Of a DNA stretch of 64,000 nt, positions 1-26,418 are shown in pieces. The stretch comes from the human T2T-CHM13v2.0 reference genome, Homo sapiens, in the NCBI RefSeq assembly GCF_009914755.1, contig NC_060927.1. The stretch is one strand, 5' to 3'. Made by a program: the position numbers and the translations under genes. How positions within the stretch are numbered: the first letter of the stretch is position 1; every line of letters starts with the position of its first letter. The notes beneath the pieces were generated by a model. The model searched no databases, was not told the DNA's origin, and saw nothing but the letters and a program-made list of their open reading frames with translations.

Positions 1-99
1 TTGAAAGTGCCTGGCATACTGATTAAATTAGGATATTTTCAACTGAACTGGATTAAACAGTAAAGACAATTTAGTAGATCTCATAACAAGATAAGGAGA

Positions 100-400
100 G
101 GTAGATGGTGTCCAGACTGGTTAAGTTAGCAACTCTGTGATACCATTAAGGACTCAGGTTCTCTTCATGTCTTTACTCTGTCCACTGCCACATGTCTTAG
201 CTGTCCTCATGGTTGTAAGATACCTCCTTCAATTCCATGTGTGATAACTTCCAAATGAAGAAGAAATGGCATCTTTTTCTACCAACAAGGAAACCTTTCT
301 CAGAAGCCCCCAGCAGACTTCCCCTTGTGTTCCATTGGCCAGGAGTGTGTTACCTGCCCATGCCTGAGTCATAATTGAGGGAATCAAACCACCATGACTA
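100..400. mobile_element. Old MaLR (MLT1-type) LTR fragment
   Basis: Resembles recalled MLT1 motifs (gtcctcatggttgtaagat..., cagaagcccccagcagacttcc...); strongly diverged. Confidence 0.5.
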
Positions 401-1018
401 GTTTGGAATGATCTTTATCCACTCCTTGGTGCTGGGCCCAGCGCCTGCCTCCTAGGAAGCACATGGCCTCTCCAAAGGTTAGCAGGCCCATGTTGGAAAG
501 AGCCTTGATGGTAGGCTAAGGAGTCTTCATCCAAAAACAGGTGGTGGAGTGCTCTTTTTAAAGAGGCTGTGATTTGATGTGATCTGCTTTTCAGAAAGAA
601 CACTCTGGTGCCTGAGTAGAAGATGGCTTGGGAAGGGGGAGTCAGCTATGGAGTTAGAAAGAGCACAGAGGAGGGGACTGCAGTTTTCCAGGAGAGAGAA
701 GATGGGCCTAATGTCTTCCATCTTCCCCCGCAGATCCACTCTCCACCCTCCCCTGCTACTCTCTGCAGCCCTTGGAGACTGACCTCCATGGTCCTCATTA
801 AAGACTTCCATGCCCTCTGCCTTCCAGTGGTGTTCAGTCGAAGGTAAGAACTGAGAGGGGAGTGGAGGGAGGAATGAGATTAAGGTGGGGGTATCTATCT
901 CCCCAGTTTCCTCCCCAGGTCACCTTGAGCTGGCTGGGTCTTGACCCATCAAGGCTTCCTCTCTACATGACTCACATAACTGTTCACTGCATGCCCTTAG
1001 CTATGGGAATGGTAACAG

Positions 1019-2123
1019 TGATAGTGGCAGAAGGGTGACAGATTCTTAGGTAGATAGGGGCGGGTCCCTGGTGAAACCCAAACTTCAAGCCAAAGAGAGT
1101 TTAAAGCCTGAAAACCAACCTACAAGTCTCTGATAAATCCACGAACTGAATTGAGAAACTCTCTTCCCGTTTGGTGCACTTTCCCCTCATTGTCCCCATC
1201 CTTCACCCATTTTATATATACCTACTCTTCCCTAATTGGTTTTTTACACTGTCATGCCCATCTTTGAGTGGTGCCTTTTTTTTAGTCTTTTTTGCATACT
1301 CACAACCCAATCAGCACACACCCCCCCAATTCTGAGCCCATAAAAACCCCAGACTCAGCCACACTTTGGGACTATTCACCTTTGGGTGGGGGACTACTCA
1401 CTTTTGGGTAGGGGCTGCCCACTTTGGGTCCCCTCTCTGCTGAGAGCTGTGTCATTGCTCAATAAAATTCATCTCCATCTTACTCACCCTCCAGTTGTCA
1501 GCATAACCTCATTCTTCTTGGATGCAGGACAAGAACCTGGGACCCACCAAATGCAAGTACAGAAAGAGTTGTAACACTGTAGCTCTCTGCCTTCTGCTGG
1601 TGCCGGAAGGCCACCTCACATGATGGGAAGCAGAAGCAGTGCTGGGTCAGCCCAGGAGCTGCAGTCCAGTGTGGGTCGGTGGGACTGAACGAGCTGTAAC
1701 ACAAATGGGCTCAGACATGCTCTGTCCCCAACCTCATGCGCTGTGCTGCAGGTGGTAGGAAGGAGAGAAGAGCCAGGACCCTTCTGGGGCCCCAGACCTT
1801 GGGGTTTCCCCAAGCCAGAGCTGTAACTTGCTGTAACAGCCTCTTTGGGGTTCCACAGTTGCTGGCATCACCAAAGCTTTCGGGTGCCACTGTGTTCCCC
1901 TCATCCAAATACTGATGCCCAAGGCAGAAGCAGGGTCATGGGACACCCAGTCCAGCTGCAGGCTAAGCACAGATCCCACAGTGAGTGCGGGATCCAGGCT
2001 GGGGTGCAAGTCAAGTGCAGCCCACAAAGCTGAGTGGGCGGGGTGCCTCCCACCCGTGTAGAAGTGTCGCTGGCTGCAGAGGTCTCTGGCTGGCAAAGCA
2101 GCACCAAAAAAAATCCTGCGTCA
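1019..2123 (+). mobile_element. Solo ERV1 LTR, LTR27/LTR28 family
   Basis: TGATAG...CCTGCGTCA termini; internal CCAAT, CATAAAA TATA-like box and AATAAA; near-TSD acag/actg. Confidence 0.8.
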
Positions 2124-2195
2124 ACTGCTTCTGTCACTAGTCACAGGCATCACACTTCTGTTTTCCCTACACCTGACTCACACCTTTGTAGCTAG

Positions 2196-2553
<358 letters not shown>

Positions 2554-2852
2554 ATTCATCCAAATTTAAACATGCTGTCCACTTCCTACAGGGACTTTGG
2601 CTGATACATGTGACCAAGGCATATGGAGTCAGGGGAGTCTTAACCTGCAGAGCAGGAGAGGGGACTCCTTGGCCATTTGCTTCCTTATCGTAGGGGCAGA
2701 CAGACTCCACAAGCTGCCACCAGAAGAGCACGGCACTGCTAGCTCAAGATGTTCCATCCCCAGGAAATAACCTAAGTTATAAAAGGCAGGTGCAAAAGCA
2801 TGACGTACCCTTCTGTCTCCTTTTTTCTCTGTGTTGTTAGAATTTTTGTTTG

Positions 2853-3150
2853 TGGCTGGGCACGGTGGCTCATGCCTGTAATCCCAGTAGTTTGGGAGGC
2901 TGAGGGGGGCAGATAACTTGAGTCCAGAAGTTTGAGACCAGCCTGGGTAACATGGTGAAACGCCATCTCTACCAAAAAATACAAAAAATTATCCAGGCAT
3001 GGTGGTGCATGCCTGTAGTCCTAGCTACTTTGGAGGCTTAGGCATGAGAATTGCATGAACCCAGGAGGTGGAGGTTGCAGTGAGCCAAGATCATGCCACC
3101 ACACTCCAGCCTGGGCAACAGAGCAAGACTCTGTCTCAAAAAAAAAAGAA
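2853..3150 (+). mobile_element. Alu (S-type)
   Basis: Full dimer with A tail. Confidence 0.9.
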
Positions 3151-3340
3151 AAATTTGTTTGGTCGCGTCTTCATAACATTTCGTTAGAAAATAGAAGGAG
3201 TTTACAGCTCAGTGCCCCAAAGGAGAAAGGAAAGTCAGAACTAAACACCATCCTTGTGAGTCCTCTTGGGTTATAAGAGGAAGTGAACATGTCAAATGGG
3301 AGAAGCATCCACAGAGTGCAATGAGGATAAACTTTTGTGC

Positions 3341-4744
<1,404 letters not shown>

Positions 4745-5236
4745 GTTGAATTGTGTCCTCCCCCAACTTCCCAAAAAAAGATATATTAAAGAGCCTGAAC
4801 CTGCAATGTGACCTTATTTGGTAATAGGGTCTTTACAGAGATAATCAAGTTAAAATGAGATTATTACATAGGTCCTTATGAATGCATTCTGAATTCGACT
4901 GAATTCAGAATGCATGGTCTCAGAAGCAAAACAAAAAAAAACAAACAGAAATTTGGATACGGGGCAGACACATAGAAGGAAGACAGCTATGATGTGAAGA
5001 AGGGATTGGAGCAAAGCACTCACAAGCTAAGGAATCCCAAGATTCCCAGCAAACCACCTGAAGCCAGGGAGAGGCAAGAAAGGATCCTCTCCCTACAGTT
5101 ACAGAGGGAGCATGGCCCTGCCAACACCTTGATTTTGAACTTCTAGGCTCCAGAATTTTGAGACAAATAAATTTCTGTTGTTCTGAGCCTCTCAGTTTGC
5201 AAGACTTTGTTATGGCAGCCCTCACAAATGAATACA
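4745..5236 (+). mobile_element. MLT1B/C-type MaLR LTR
   Basis: gaattgtgtcc...atgtgaccttatttggtaatagggtcttt...ttgttatggcagccc...aatgaataca. Confidence 0.85.
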
Positions 5237-5390
5237 TCTCCTGAAAAGATGGGAGAGTGTCAGGTTCAGCTCAGACTGTAAGATGACTCACAGAGCAGAC
5301 CTCACCAAATGGACAGCTGAGACTCCAGTAGGGGTGACATCTGGTTATTACATAATGGTGATCCTGAGTAGAAGATAAAGACTATATAGC

Positions 5391-10380
<4,990 letters not shown>

Positions 10381-10506
10381 TATTCTATTAGTTACACAGG
10401 CCAATTCTGATGCAATATGGGAGAGCACTACACAAGCACGTGAGCACCCTGGAACTCTGGCACAATCCTAGGTAAAAGGCAATGGAGAGGGGAGGTCCTG
10501 AGTTGA

Positions 10507-11283
<777 letters not shown>

Positions 11284-11314
11284 GAATGCTGTGATTTTTA
11301 ACAGCTGTTTCCAA

Positions 11315-11800
11315 CCCTTTGCTACTCAAAATGTGATCTGCAAACCAGGAGCCATGGCATCATCTGGGAATTTATAAGAAATGAAGCTCAGGCCGGCACA
11401 GTGGCTCATGCCTGTAATCCCAGCATTTTGGGAGCCCAAGGCAGGCGGATTGCTTGAGTCCAGGGGTTGGAGACCAGCCTGGGCAACATAGGGAGACCCC
11501 GTCTCTACAAAAAAAAAACACAAAAAGTTAGCTGGTCATGGTGGCATGTGCTTGTAGTCCCAGCTACTTGGGTAGCTGAGGTGGGAGGATCACTTGAGCC
11601 CAGAAAGTCAAGGTTACCGTGAGCTGTGATCGCGCTACTGCGCTCCAGCCTGGGTGACACAGGGAGACCCTGTCTGAAAAACACACACACACAAAATGCA
11701 GTTCAGGTCCCACCCCAGAACTTCTAAATCAAAATCTATATTTTAGCAAGATTCTTACAGGTGATTCCTGCACATTCAAGTTTGACAATTACTGGTGTAG
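11315..11800. mobile_element. MER5A-like hAT DNA transposon split by an AluJ (11391-11695 +)
   Basis: gctactcaaaatgtg...catctgggaattt...aggtccccaccccaga...cacattcaagtttga. Confidence 0.75.
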
Positions 11801-12344
11801 CGAAAGCCAAAGCTGACTGTGGGCTGTGAAGCCGAGACGGGAGGATTGCTTGAGCATGAGTTTGAGATCACCATGGGCAACATAATAGGTCCCTGTCTCC
11901 GCAAAATAAGTAACTAAATAAATACATGAACTTTGGCTAAGAGAAAAACAATTCCACTTCATTCTTCACAAAAAGGAAAAAACAAAAGACACATAGAAAA
12001 AAAAGAAGAAAAGAATTCCATATAGATCATCATAGACCTAAATATAAATCAAATGACACTAAATTTTTCTAAGAGAAAAGTTTAGGAAAATACAAAACCT
12101 TGGGGTAGGCAAAGATTTCTTAATCTTGACACATAAAGTGCGGACCATAAAAGAAAAAATATGTCATTACAGGTAAAAAGACAAAAAGAAAAAACTAAAC
12201 CAAAATAAAAGAAAAAAGAAAAAATAGTGGATAAATTGGACTACATTAAAACTAAGTACTGCGTTTCTCAAAGGGCACATTAGGAGGGTGAAAAGATAAG
12301 TCAGGATGAGTGGAGATATTTACCGTATATATATCTCACCACCA

Positions 12345-13072
12345 TGTACCCATCCAGTGGGTTCGCCTTGCCCGCTGCCTAGACAGCCCATTTATCAACA
12401 CAGGGAAATTACAATAGAGAAAGAGTAATTCACACAGAATTGGCTGTGTGGAAGACCAGAATTTTATTATTACTCAAATCAGTCTCCCCGAGCATTCGGG
12501 GATCAGAGTTTTTAAGGACAGCTTGGTGGGTGGGGGGAAGCCAGTGAGCCGAGAGTGCTGACTGATCAGGTCAGAGATGAAATCATAGGGAGTCGAAGCT
12601 GTCTTGTTGTTCTGAGTAAGTTCCTGGGTGGGGGCCACAAGATCAGATGAGCCAGTTTATTGATCTGGGTGGTGCCAGGTGATCCACTGAGTGCAGGGTC
12701 TGCAAAATATCTCAAGCATTGATCTTAGTTTTTACAATAGTGATGTCATCCCCAGGAGCAATTTGGGGAGGTTTAGAATCTTGTAGCCTTCAGCCGCATA
12801 ACTCCTAAACCATTATTTCTAATCTTGTGGCTAATTTGTTAGTCCTGCAAAGGCAGTCTAGTCCCCAGACAGGAAGGGGGTTTGTTTTGGGAAAGGGCTG
12901 TCTTATCATCTTTGTTTGAAAACTAAACTATAAACTAAGTTCCTCCCAAAGGTAGTCTGGCCTACATCCAGGAGTGAGCAAGGACAGCTTGGTGGTTAGA
13001 AGCAAGATGGAGTTGGTTAGAGGTCAGATCTCTTTCACTTGTCTCAATTACAATTTTGCAATGGTGGTTTCA
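12345..13072 (-). mobile_element. 3' LTR (LTR8/LTR8A)
   Basis: Reverse complement begins TGAAACCACCATTGCAAAATTG; preceded on the minus strand by the PPT cccaaagggagggat (13073-13087). Confidence 0.88.
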
Positions 13073-13662
13073 ATCCCTCCCTTTGGGTTTTATAACATGT
13101 TAATCTTAAGGAGTTGGCTAATGAAGATGGAAAAAGGGTGAAGCTTGCTCTAACTTCTTCCTGCTGATCAGGGCGTAGTGGGGTAGGTGTTGACCCCAAG
13201 GTGAAAGGAGTGGAACCTCTTTGTAACTGAGTGTACTCATGCAGTCCTGGCTGGGGTTCCAAGGCTGGCATGGCAAAGGCGTTAGCATTGTCATCTATAC
13301 TTGTAGTAACATATTTAAGGCAACAACGTACTATAATGGTAAATAATGAGTACTACGGTAAGGAGGGCAATTCCCAGATTTAAAAGTAAAGATTTGAAAG
13401 TATTAGATTGGGGACTTGCAGGCCACAAAGAATCTAGGATTTAGTCCAAACTTCAGAAAAAAACTCAAGAACAACTAACAACAGGTGCACTATAGTTTTT
13501 CTTTTGAAGCATAATTTTTCACTCTCCAGTCCCCATTTTTATTAAAAACAAATCATGATAGAACTGATTTGTTTATAAAATAAACTTTAGTCTTACTGTA
13601 CTTGGCCTGATTATTTGCATAAAGTGCAGCAAGAATAGTTATTTTTCACGTAGGTTTTTTAA

Positions 13663-13884
<222 letters not shown>

Positions 13885-13999
13885 TAGTAGAGACGGTGTT
13901 TCACCGTGTTAGCCAAGATGGTCTCAATCTCCTGACCTCGTGATCCGCCTGCCTCGGCCTCCCAAAGTGCTGGGATTACAGGCGTGAGCCATCTCACTA

Positions 14000-14443
<444 letters not shown>

Positions 14444-14578
14444 TTAGAAAGTGACATTCTTTACTTACCACCAGTCAGGAACCTTGTACAGGGACTGTGT
14501 AGACAAGGTGAGGCCAGATTTCCCAAGGGGTTTTTGTTGGCTCTTTAAGTCAACTTTGATTTGTTAAAGAAAGCATGA

Positions 14579-14993
<415 letters not shown>

Positions 14994-15186
14994 TGAGAAT
15001 ACTCAGTTTCCAAATTCTGGAAAAATCAGGTAGAGAGAAACAAATATGCTCCAAATTTTGTTCATAGGAGTATATTTTACTCACTTGTTAAAAGTTTCAA
15101 ATAGCTCTGAAGAAATAAGTTCTCTTGACTCTGAAAACAAAAGGATTAGCAATATTTAACACATCAGCTCTCCATGAGAGTCCTAG

Positions 15187-15486
<300 letters not shown>

Positions 15487-16041
15487 TGATCCACCTGCCT
15501 CAGCCACCCAAAGTGCTGGGATGACAGGTATGAGCCACTGCGCTAAGCCCAAAAGCACAATTTTTTTTCTTTTTCTTTTCTTTTTTTTTTTTTTTGAGAT
15601 GGAGTCTCGCCCTGTAGCCCAGGCTGGAGTGCAGTAGCGTGATCTCTGCTCACTGCAACCTTCGCTTCCCGGGTTCAAGCGATTCTCCCGCCTCAGCCTC
15701 CTGAGTAGCTGGAACTACAGGCGAGTGCCACCAACACCTAGCTATTTTTTTGTATTTTTAGTAGAGACAATGTTTCACCATGTTGGGATGGTCTGGATCT
15801 CCTGACCTGGTGATCCGCCCACCTCGGCTTCCCAGGGTGCTGGGATTACAGGCGTTGAGCCACCATACCCGGCCCAATAGCACTGCAAGCTCCGCCTCCC
15901 GGCTTCACGCCATTCTCCTGCCTCAGCCTCTCAAGTAGCTGGGACTACAGGCACCCGCCACCACGCCTGGCTAATTTTTTTGTATTTTTAGTAGAGATGG
16001 GATTTCACCGCCCAATAGCACAATTTTTAAAGTTATCATAG

Positions 16042-16362
<321 letters not shown>

Positions 16363-16934
16363 TGATCCGCCTGCCTCAGCCTCCCAAAGTGCTGGGATTA
16401 CTGAAAGCTACAATTCACTCGGAGTTTTCGTTACTTCTGTGGCATACAACAATTTTACATTAACAATTATAATTATTAATAACATACTCTAAATCATATC
16501 AGAATTATAGAAGTTTCTCATAATTTTGGAACACATACTGATAACATATTTATACAAATAAAACCCAAAGAAAGCCATATACCATATCATATTTGACAAT
16601 GCTGCCTGTATGATTTTTACGCTAAATAAGCCAAACGTAATTTTTTGGACTTCAGGGGACCTAATGTCTGAAGGATTAAATAGGTCAGAAAATGACATAC
16701 TATATATTTGATTTTGGAAAGTTTTTCAAATATGGAAAGTTTGAAACACTGGATATCACAAAGTAGAATCACACATTATTTATTTATCCAAAGTGGTAAG
16801 TCAAAAAAATTTTTTTGCGGGGCGCAGTGGCTCATGCCTGTAGTCCCAGCACTTTGGGAGGCCAAGACGGGCAGATCACGAGGTCAGGAGATCGAGACTA
16901 TCCTGGCTAACATGGTGAAACCCCGTCTCTACTA

Positions 16935-17231
<297 letters not shown>

Positions 17232-17691
17232 TCACTTAAACCTGGAAGGCAGAGGTTGCAGTGAGCCCAGACCATGCATGGCACTCCAGCCTGGGTGCAG
17301 GGTGAGACTCCTCCTCAAAAAAAAAAAAGAGACTTAGCTTTCCAAACAAGACCCAATGAAGATAGCATGAGGCCAACTGAATCTGTCTCTTTTCTCTACC
17401 CCCTTTTTTCCCTGCCATTTACCCAAAGGGGTGAACAAAAACATTTCATGATCTTTTTTTTTTTTTTTTGAGACACAGTCTCACTCCGTTGCCCAGGCTG
17501 GAGTACAATGACGCAATCTTGACTCACCACAACCTCCATCTCCCAGGTTCAAACGATTCTCCTACCTCAGCCTCCTGAGTAGCTGGGACTACAGGCGCCC
17601 GCCACCACGCCCGGCTAATTTTTGTATTTTTAGTAGAGTTGGGGTTTCACCATGTTGGCCAGGCTGGCCTCGAACTCCTGACCTCAGGTGA

Positions 17692-18060
<369 letters not shown>

Positions 18061-18790
18061 TAGCCAGGATGGTCTCGATCTCCTGACCTCGTGATCCACC
18101 TGCCTCGGCCTCCCAAAGTGCTGGGATCACAGGTTTAAGCCACCACGCCTGGCAAGGCTAGTTTTTAAATAAAATTTTATAAATCTATCCAGTTTTAATT
18201 AGTTTGACAATAAGGTAAGATTTTCATGAACTTTTTAGAACTGTTCACAATTTTCTGTTAAACAGCAGATCAATTTTCTAAGAAAACCCTGTTATTTGAA
18301 CACATGGGCCCAGATTCTGGCCCCGCATTAGTGTGCTTTTATTTTATCTTCAATCTAGGGCAAAAAAAAAAAAAAATCCCCTTCAAATCTTAGCCAACTT
18401 GTTTACACCCACAGAACCTTCTTTTTGTCCCATTACTCTTTTAGGTTAAGACAATATTTAAAACCCTCTGAAGTAGACAAAATTACATTCCCTTTAACAA
18501 AAGCCATATTCCCATGCCTTCTCATACTCTTTTACCAGAAACACATTCTACTTTCCCTACATGCCTTGTATGTAAAACTGTTTCTCCAGTAGTCTCGATT
18601 ACATATTACAATGTTAACTCTTAGCAACTTTTATTTTGGTGAAAAACCTGATAAATAAGCAATTTTAATTATGTCCTAGGTGTAGAGCCTAGGACATCAG
18701 ACAGAAGTACAGATAAGGTCTGGCTGGCCCTTTGCAGCATAGCTAGGGGCATGGCTCTCCACATGTCCCCAGGCCTTATCTAGAATCTAA

Positions 18791-19274
<484 letters not shown>

Positions 19275-19664
19275 TGATCCGCCCATCTCAGTCTCCCAAA
19301 GTGCTGGGATTACAGGCATGAGCCACCGCACCCGGTCAATTTTTGTATTTTTAGTAGAGACGGAGTTGTGCCATGTTGGCCAGGCTGGACTTGAACGCCT
19401 AGACTTAGGTGTTTCGCCCGCCTCGGCCTCCCAAAGTGGTGGGATTACAGGTGTGAGCCACCATGCCCAGCAATTGAGCAATTTTCAAAAGTCAAAGAAA
19501 TAGTTTATGACCTTAAAGCATTTAGCAAATCTCATATCTGGCCTTAATCTAGGCCAAATGTCTGAAATTTGAAGACATTTTTATTTTACAAATAATCTTG
19601 AAAACTGTCTTTATTTCTAAAAGACTGCTAAAGTAACGTGAACAAAAAGGCATTAAAGTTTCTA

Positions 19665-20033
<369 letters not shown>

Positions 20034-21015
20034 TTAACTGGATTACTGACTTCGGGGTGGAGCCCTTGGAGGAACAGGGCCAGGAAAGCATTCAGTTTCT
20101 AGGACCTAATAAGCAGGCACAGCTGGAAGGCAAACACAGATCCCAAAAATTCAGGGTATATACTGGATCCTGGATCCCCAAAAGGAGGGAAATACTATAA
20201 GAGAAGACAGTGCAGTGCTTCTGCTGAGCATTTCATTGCAAAACAACCCATAGTAAATTAGCCCATTTTGTAATCAGCCCATCCCTTGTGGGAGTCTCAT
20301 CTCTCAGTGCAGGTTGGGGATGTTTCCCTATCTTTTAGTGGCCAAGAGTGTGCTTCCCTAATTGAAACATCAGAACGGAACATCCCCCGTAAGTGCCATT
20401 AGCCATCCTCAGAAGTATATTTCCTACCTAGTTATTACACACCAAGTTTCTTTCATAATGCAAAGTAATTTCTGATACCCACAAAAGCCAAAACCATGAG
20501 CTAATGCAATGCAAAACAGAACAGAGCCTTAGATTTTGAGAAGGATCTATTCTCTTTTAATGTCTGGGGTTCTGTGAGGAAATCTGAGGTTTTTCCCAGA
20601 ATGGGATCTGTGGTGCCTCCTCTGCTTTTCCCCAGGAGACCCAGGCTGTTAGAATTTATCTTAAGTTCTCTCATGTGGGCATCAAGAGTGACAAAAAGAC
20701 AAAATGGAGAACAATTCAGTCTCCTGAGAAGAAAAAAACTGTTTTTCAGAAAAACATGATTCAAGAAGAGGAAAAAGATAAATTCCTTTTAAATACATAT
20801 GGCTTGGTTATCCATTTTTAATTAAGCTGGTTTTAACCACAGAGCTATTTTTTCTAAAAAAAAAAAAATCCTTTTCAATATCTTATTACCAGGGTACCCA
20901 ATATTTCTGGCTTTTGAATTCTACCACAGGTAACTTCCCACATGAAATTAATAAGTTTTAACTAAGATTATAACTTAACCATGGATGCATAAGGTGTCTC
21001 AAAGAGATGGTAAGC

Positions 21016-21180
21016 CTCTTTCTTTCTTTCTCTTTCTTTCTTTCTTCCTTCCTTCCTCCCTCCCTTCCTTTCTTTCCTTTCTTTCTCTCTTTCTCTCTCT
21101 CTCTTTCCTTTCTTTCTCTGTCTCTCTCTTTCCTTTCTTTCTCTCTCTATCTCTTTCCTTTCTTTCTCTCTCTCTCTCTC
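21016..21180. repeat. Pyrimidine low-complexity tract (TTTC/TC)n
   Basis: About 165 nt, almost entirely C and T. Confidence 0.95.
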
Positions 21181-21754
21181 AAGGGTAGTTTGGAGAAAGG
21201 AAAATCCAAAACAGAAAATCAGAAGCTATCCATGGAGTTTTAAAAAAAAAATCCTCAATAAATGGCAAAGTTACACAAATAACAAACCAGAAAGGAATCA
21301 TTCTGGAAGCCAAGAATTGAACCCAGGCCATCATTGTCAAAAGACAAAGCCTTAGCTACTGACCTACATAACATCGAGCAGTTTCTATTATTCTTCCCAG
21401 AAGAAGTCTACAGCAGCCAATTTCAAGCTTGGAAAGAGCTTTAGCTGCTCAAGTTAATTTTTTTTTTTTTTTTTTGAGACAGAATCTCTGCCGCCCAGGC
21501 TGGAGTGCAGTGGTTCGGTCTCTGCTTACTGCAACCTCCGCCTCTCGGTTCAAGGGATTCTTCTGCCTCAGCCTCCCGAGTAGCTGGGATTACAAGTGCC
21601 CACCACCATGTCTAGCAGGGTTTCACTATGTTGGCCAGGCTGGTCTCGAACTCCTGAGCTCAGGTAATCCGACTGCCCCGGCCTCCCAGAGTGCTGGGAT
21701 TACAGGCATGGGCCACTGTGCCCAGCCTGCTCAAGATAATTTTTAGAGCTATGA

Positions 21755-22201
<447 letters not shown>

Positions 22202-22480
22202 TAAAACAAGAAAGAGAAATTTCATCTGGTATTGGTTTCAGGGACCCCCAGCAAAGTTTGTAACTGACGAGCCTGCTGGGGTGGCTTGAAAAGTAGGCTT
22301 ATAGGGATCCTAAGCTCACATTCTATCCTGTGATACCCCTCTCTCCATTACAGAAAGACACATTCTTAGTACAAACTGCACCAGATTTGCTACAGCCTGA
22401 CTAGTCTCACAAATCCTTTATTTTTCTATTAGTTAAACCCTTGCAGAGGAGACAAATAACGAAGTTTATCGTTTACACAC

Positions 22481-22482
<2 letters not shown>

Positions 22483-22517
<35 letters not shown>
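22483..22517. repeat. (AG)n microsatellite
   Basis: Pure AG run. Confidence 0.95.
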
Positions 22518-22519
<2 letters not shown>

Positions 22520-23973
22520 AGAAACTTGGCTGCTAAGAATTATTACCGTTTTTGCTGGCATACCAACTTTCCGGGTCCCCTTTCTCTGCTGCAGCTTCCA
22601 GAAGAACGAAGCGGCTTTTGATGACCCTCTTCACTATGCCATAGCTGGTGGGGGGGCCAAGCCCTGTTACAAAAGAAAATCATCCTTTTCTGCTTTATTG
22701 AACCATAGGCAAAAGATTCGCCATTTTGCAAGATGTCCAACAGGCTGCACGGGAAACCAAATTAATATTTTCCATCCCAGCAAAATATACATAATACAAC
22801 AGACACTAGTCACCTCTTTCAGCACCCAATATCATCCTGGCAAAATTCAAACTTTCTCCTGTTGGTCCCTATTGTTTTTGATCCACTCCTGGTGGGGAGG
22901 GATGAGCTCCGAAAGGTAATTCACAATGGGTGATCTCTGGGCAAGGTGAAGAGTGGATAGTCACACTGAGACAGGCCTGTTGAGCTTTCTCCAGGGCTCA
23001 ATGAATGTTAACAGACTAATAGGAGGGTTCTCTGAGTTAGGCCTGCTGGACTTCCGTCAGCCACTCCTTCTGAGATGCCCTCCACACATACAAACACACA
23101 CATAAAGACGAGACAGGCAGAAGGCCTTCCAAATCAGATCCCTAACCAAGAACTCCAAGAGTATCCCTTCCAAACTATTCTCCTATTCTCCATCTGAGAA
23201 ATCTCCCCGAAGTCTTCCTGATTGAGAAGTCTCCCGAACCAAGTCTCTTCCTACTAGTTAGGAAGAGCCAACTGAAACCCCCACTAGGAGCCAAACCAAG
23301 ACAGACACCCCACAATGGGGCAACAGACAAACTGAGACCCCTGAGGGAGCCAAACTGAGACAGACTGTCTGTGGTGGAGCTATTAGACAAACAAGACACC
23401 CTGCAATGGGACTACAGACACACCATGATGAGGCTACAGACAGACACCTTGTGATAGGGCTACAGTTATGGAACGTCTCCCCAGGACTGTTTCTCCATTG
23501 CAATTAAATCCATGTAGGCCGGGCATGGTGGCTCACGCCTGTAATCCCAGCACTTTGGGAGGCCGAGATGGGCGGATCACGAGGTCAGGAGATCGAGGCC
23601 ATCCTGGCTAACACGGTGAAACCCCGTCTCTACTAAAAAATACAAAAAAAATTAGCTGGGCGTGGTGGCGGGCGCCTGTAGTCCCGGGTACTCAGGAGGC
23701 TGAGGCAGGAGAATGGCGTGAACCTGGAGTCAAGGCGGAGCTTGCAATAAGCCAAGATCACGCCACTGCACTCTAGCCTGGGCCACAGTACAAGACTCTG
23801 TCTCAAAAAAAAAAAAAAAATTCCATGCATATTGGGTTGTCAGTGCCCCACAAGTGGAGAGAGTACCAGAGTCAACCCCTAGTCCAAGAGAACTAGGTGG
23901 CCCCTTTGGGTGGCCTCTGGATCCATCGCTGGAGAGGGGGCTACTGAACCACAGGCAGGTAGTCACAAGGGCA

Positions 23974-23993
23974 ATCTCAGACAAGTCCCCAAA
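23974..23993 (-). other. Primer-binding site, tRNA-Pro-like (degenerate)
   Basis: Minus strand reads TTTGGGGACTTGTCTGAGAT versus the canonical Pro PBS TGGGGGCTCGTCCGGGAT; lies next to the 5' LTR. Confidence 0.75.
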
Positions 23994-23995
23994 TT

Positions 23996-26418
<2,423 letters not shown>

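Noticed and set aside
13044-13271. Minus-strand 75-aa ORF next to the 3' LTR (..PDQQEEVR..)
   Set aside because: At most a remnant of the ERV 3' region; too short, with no env motifs recognised
23265-23465. Repeat-spacer appearance suggesting a CRISPR-like array
   Set aside because: Units are degenerate and variable, there are no unique fixed-length spacers, and the context is a primate ERV leader
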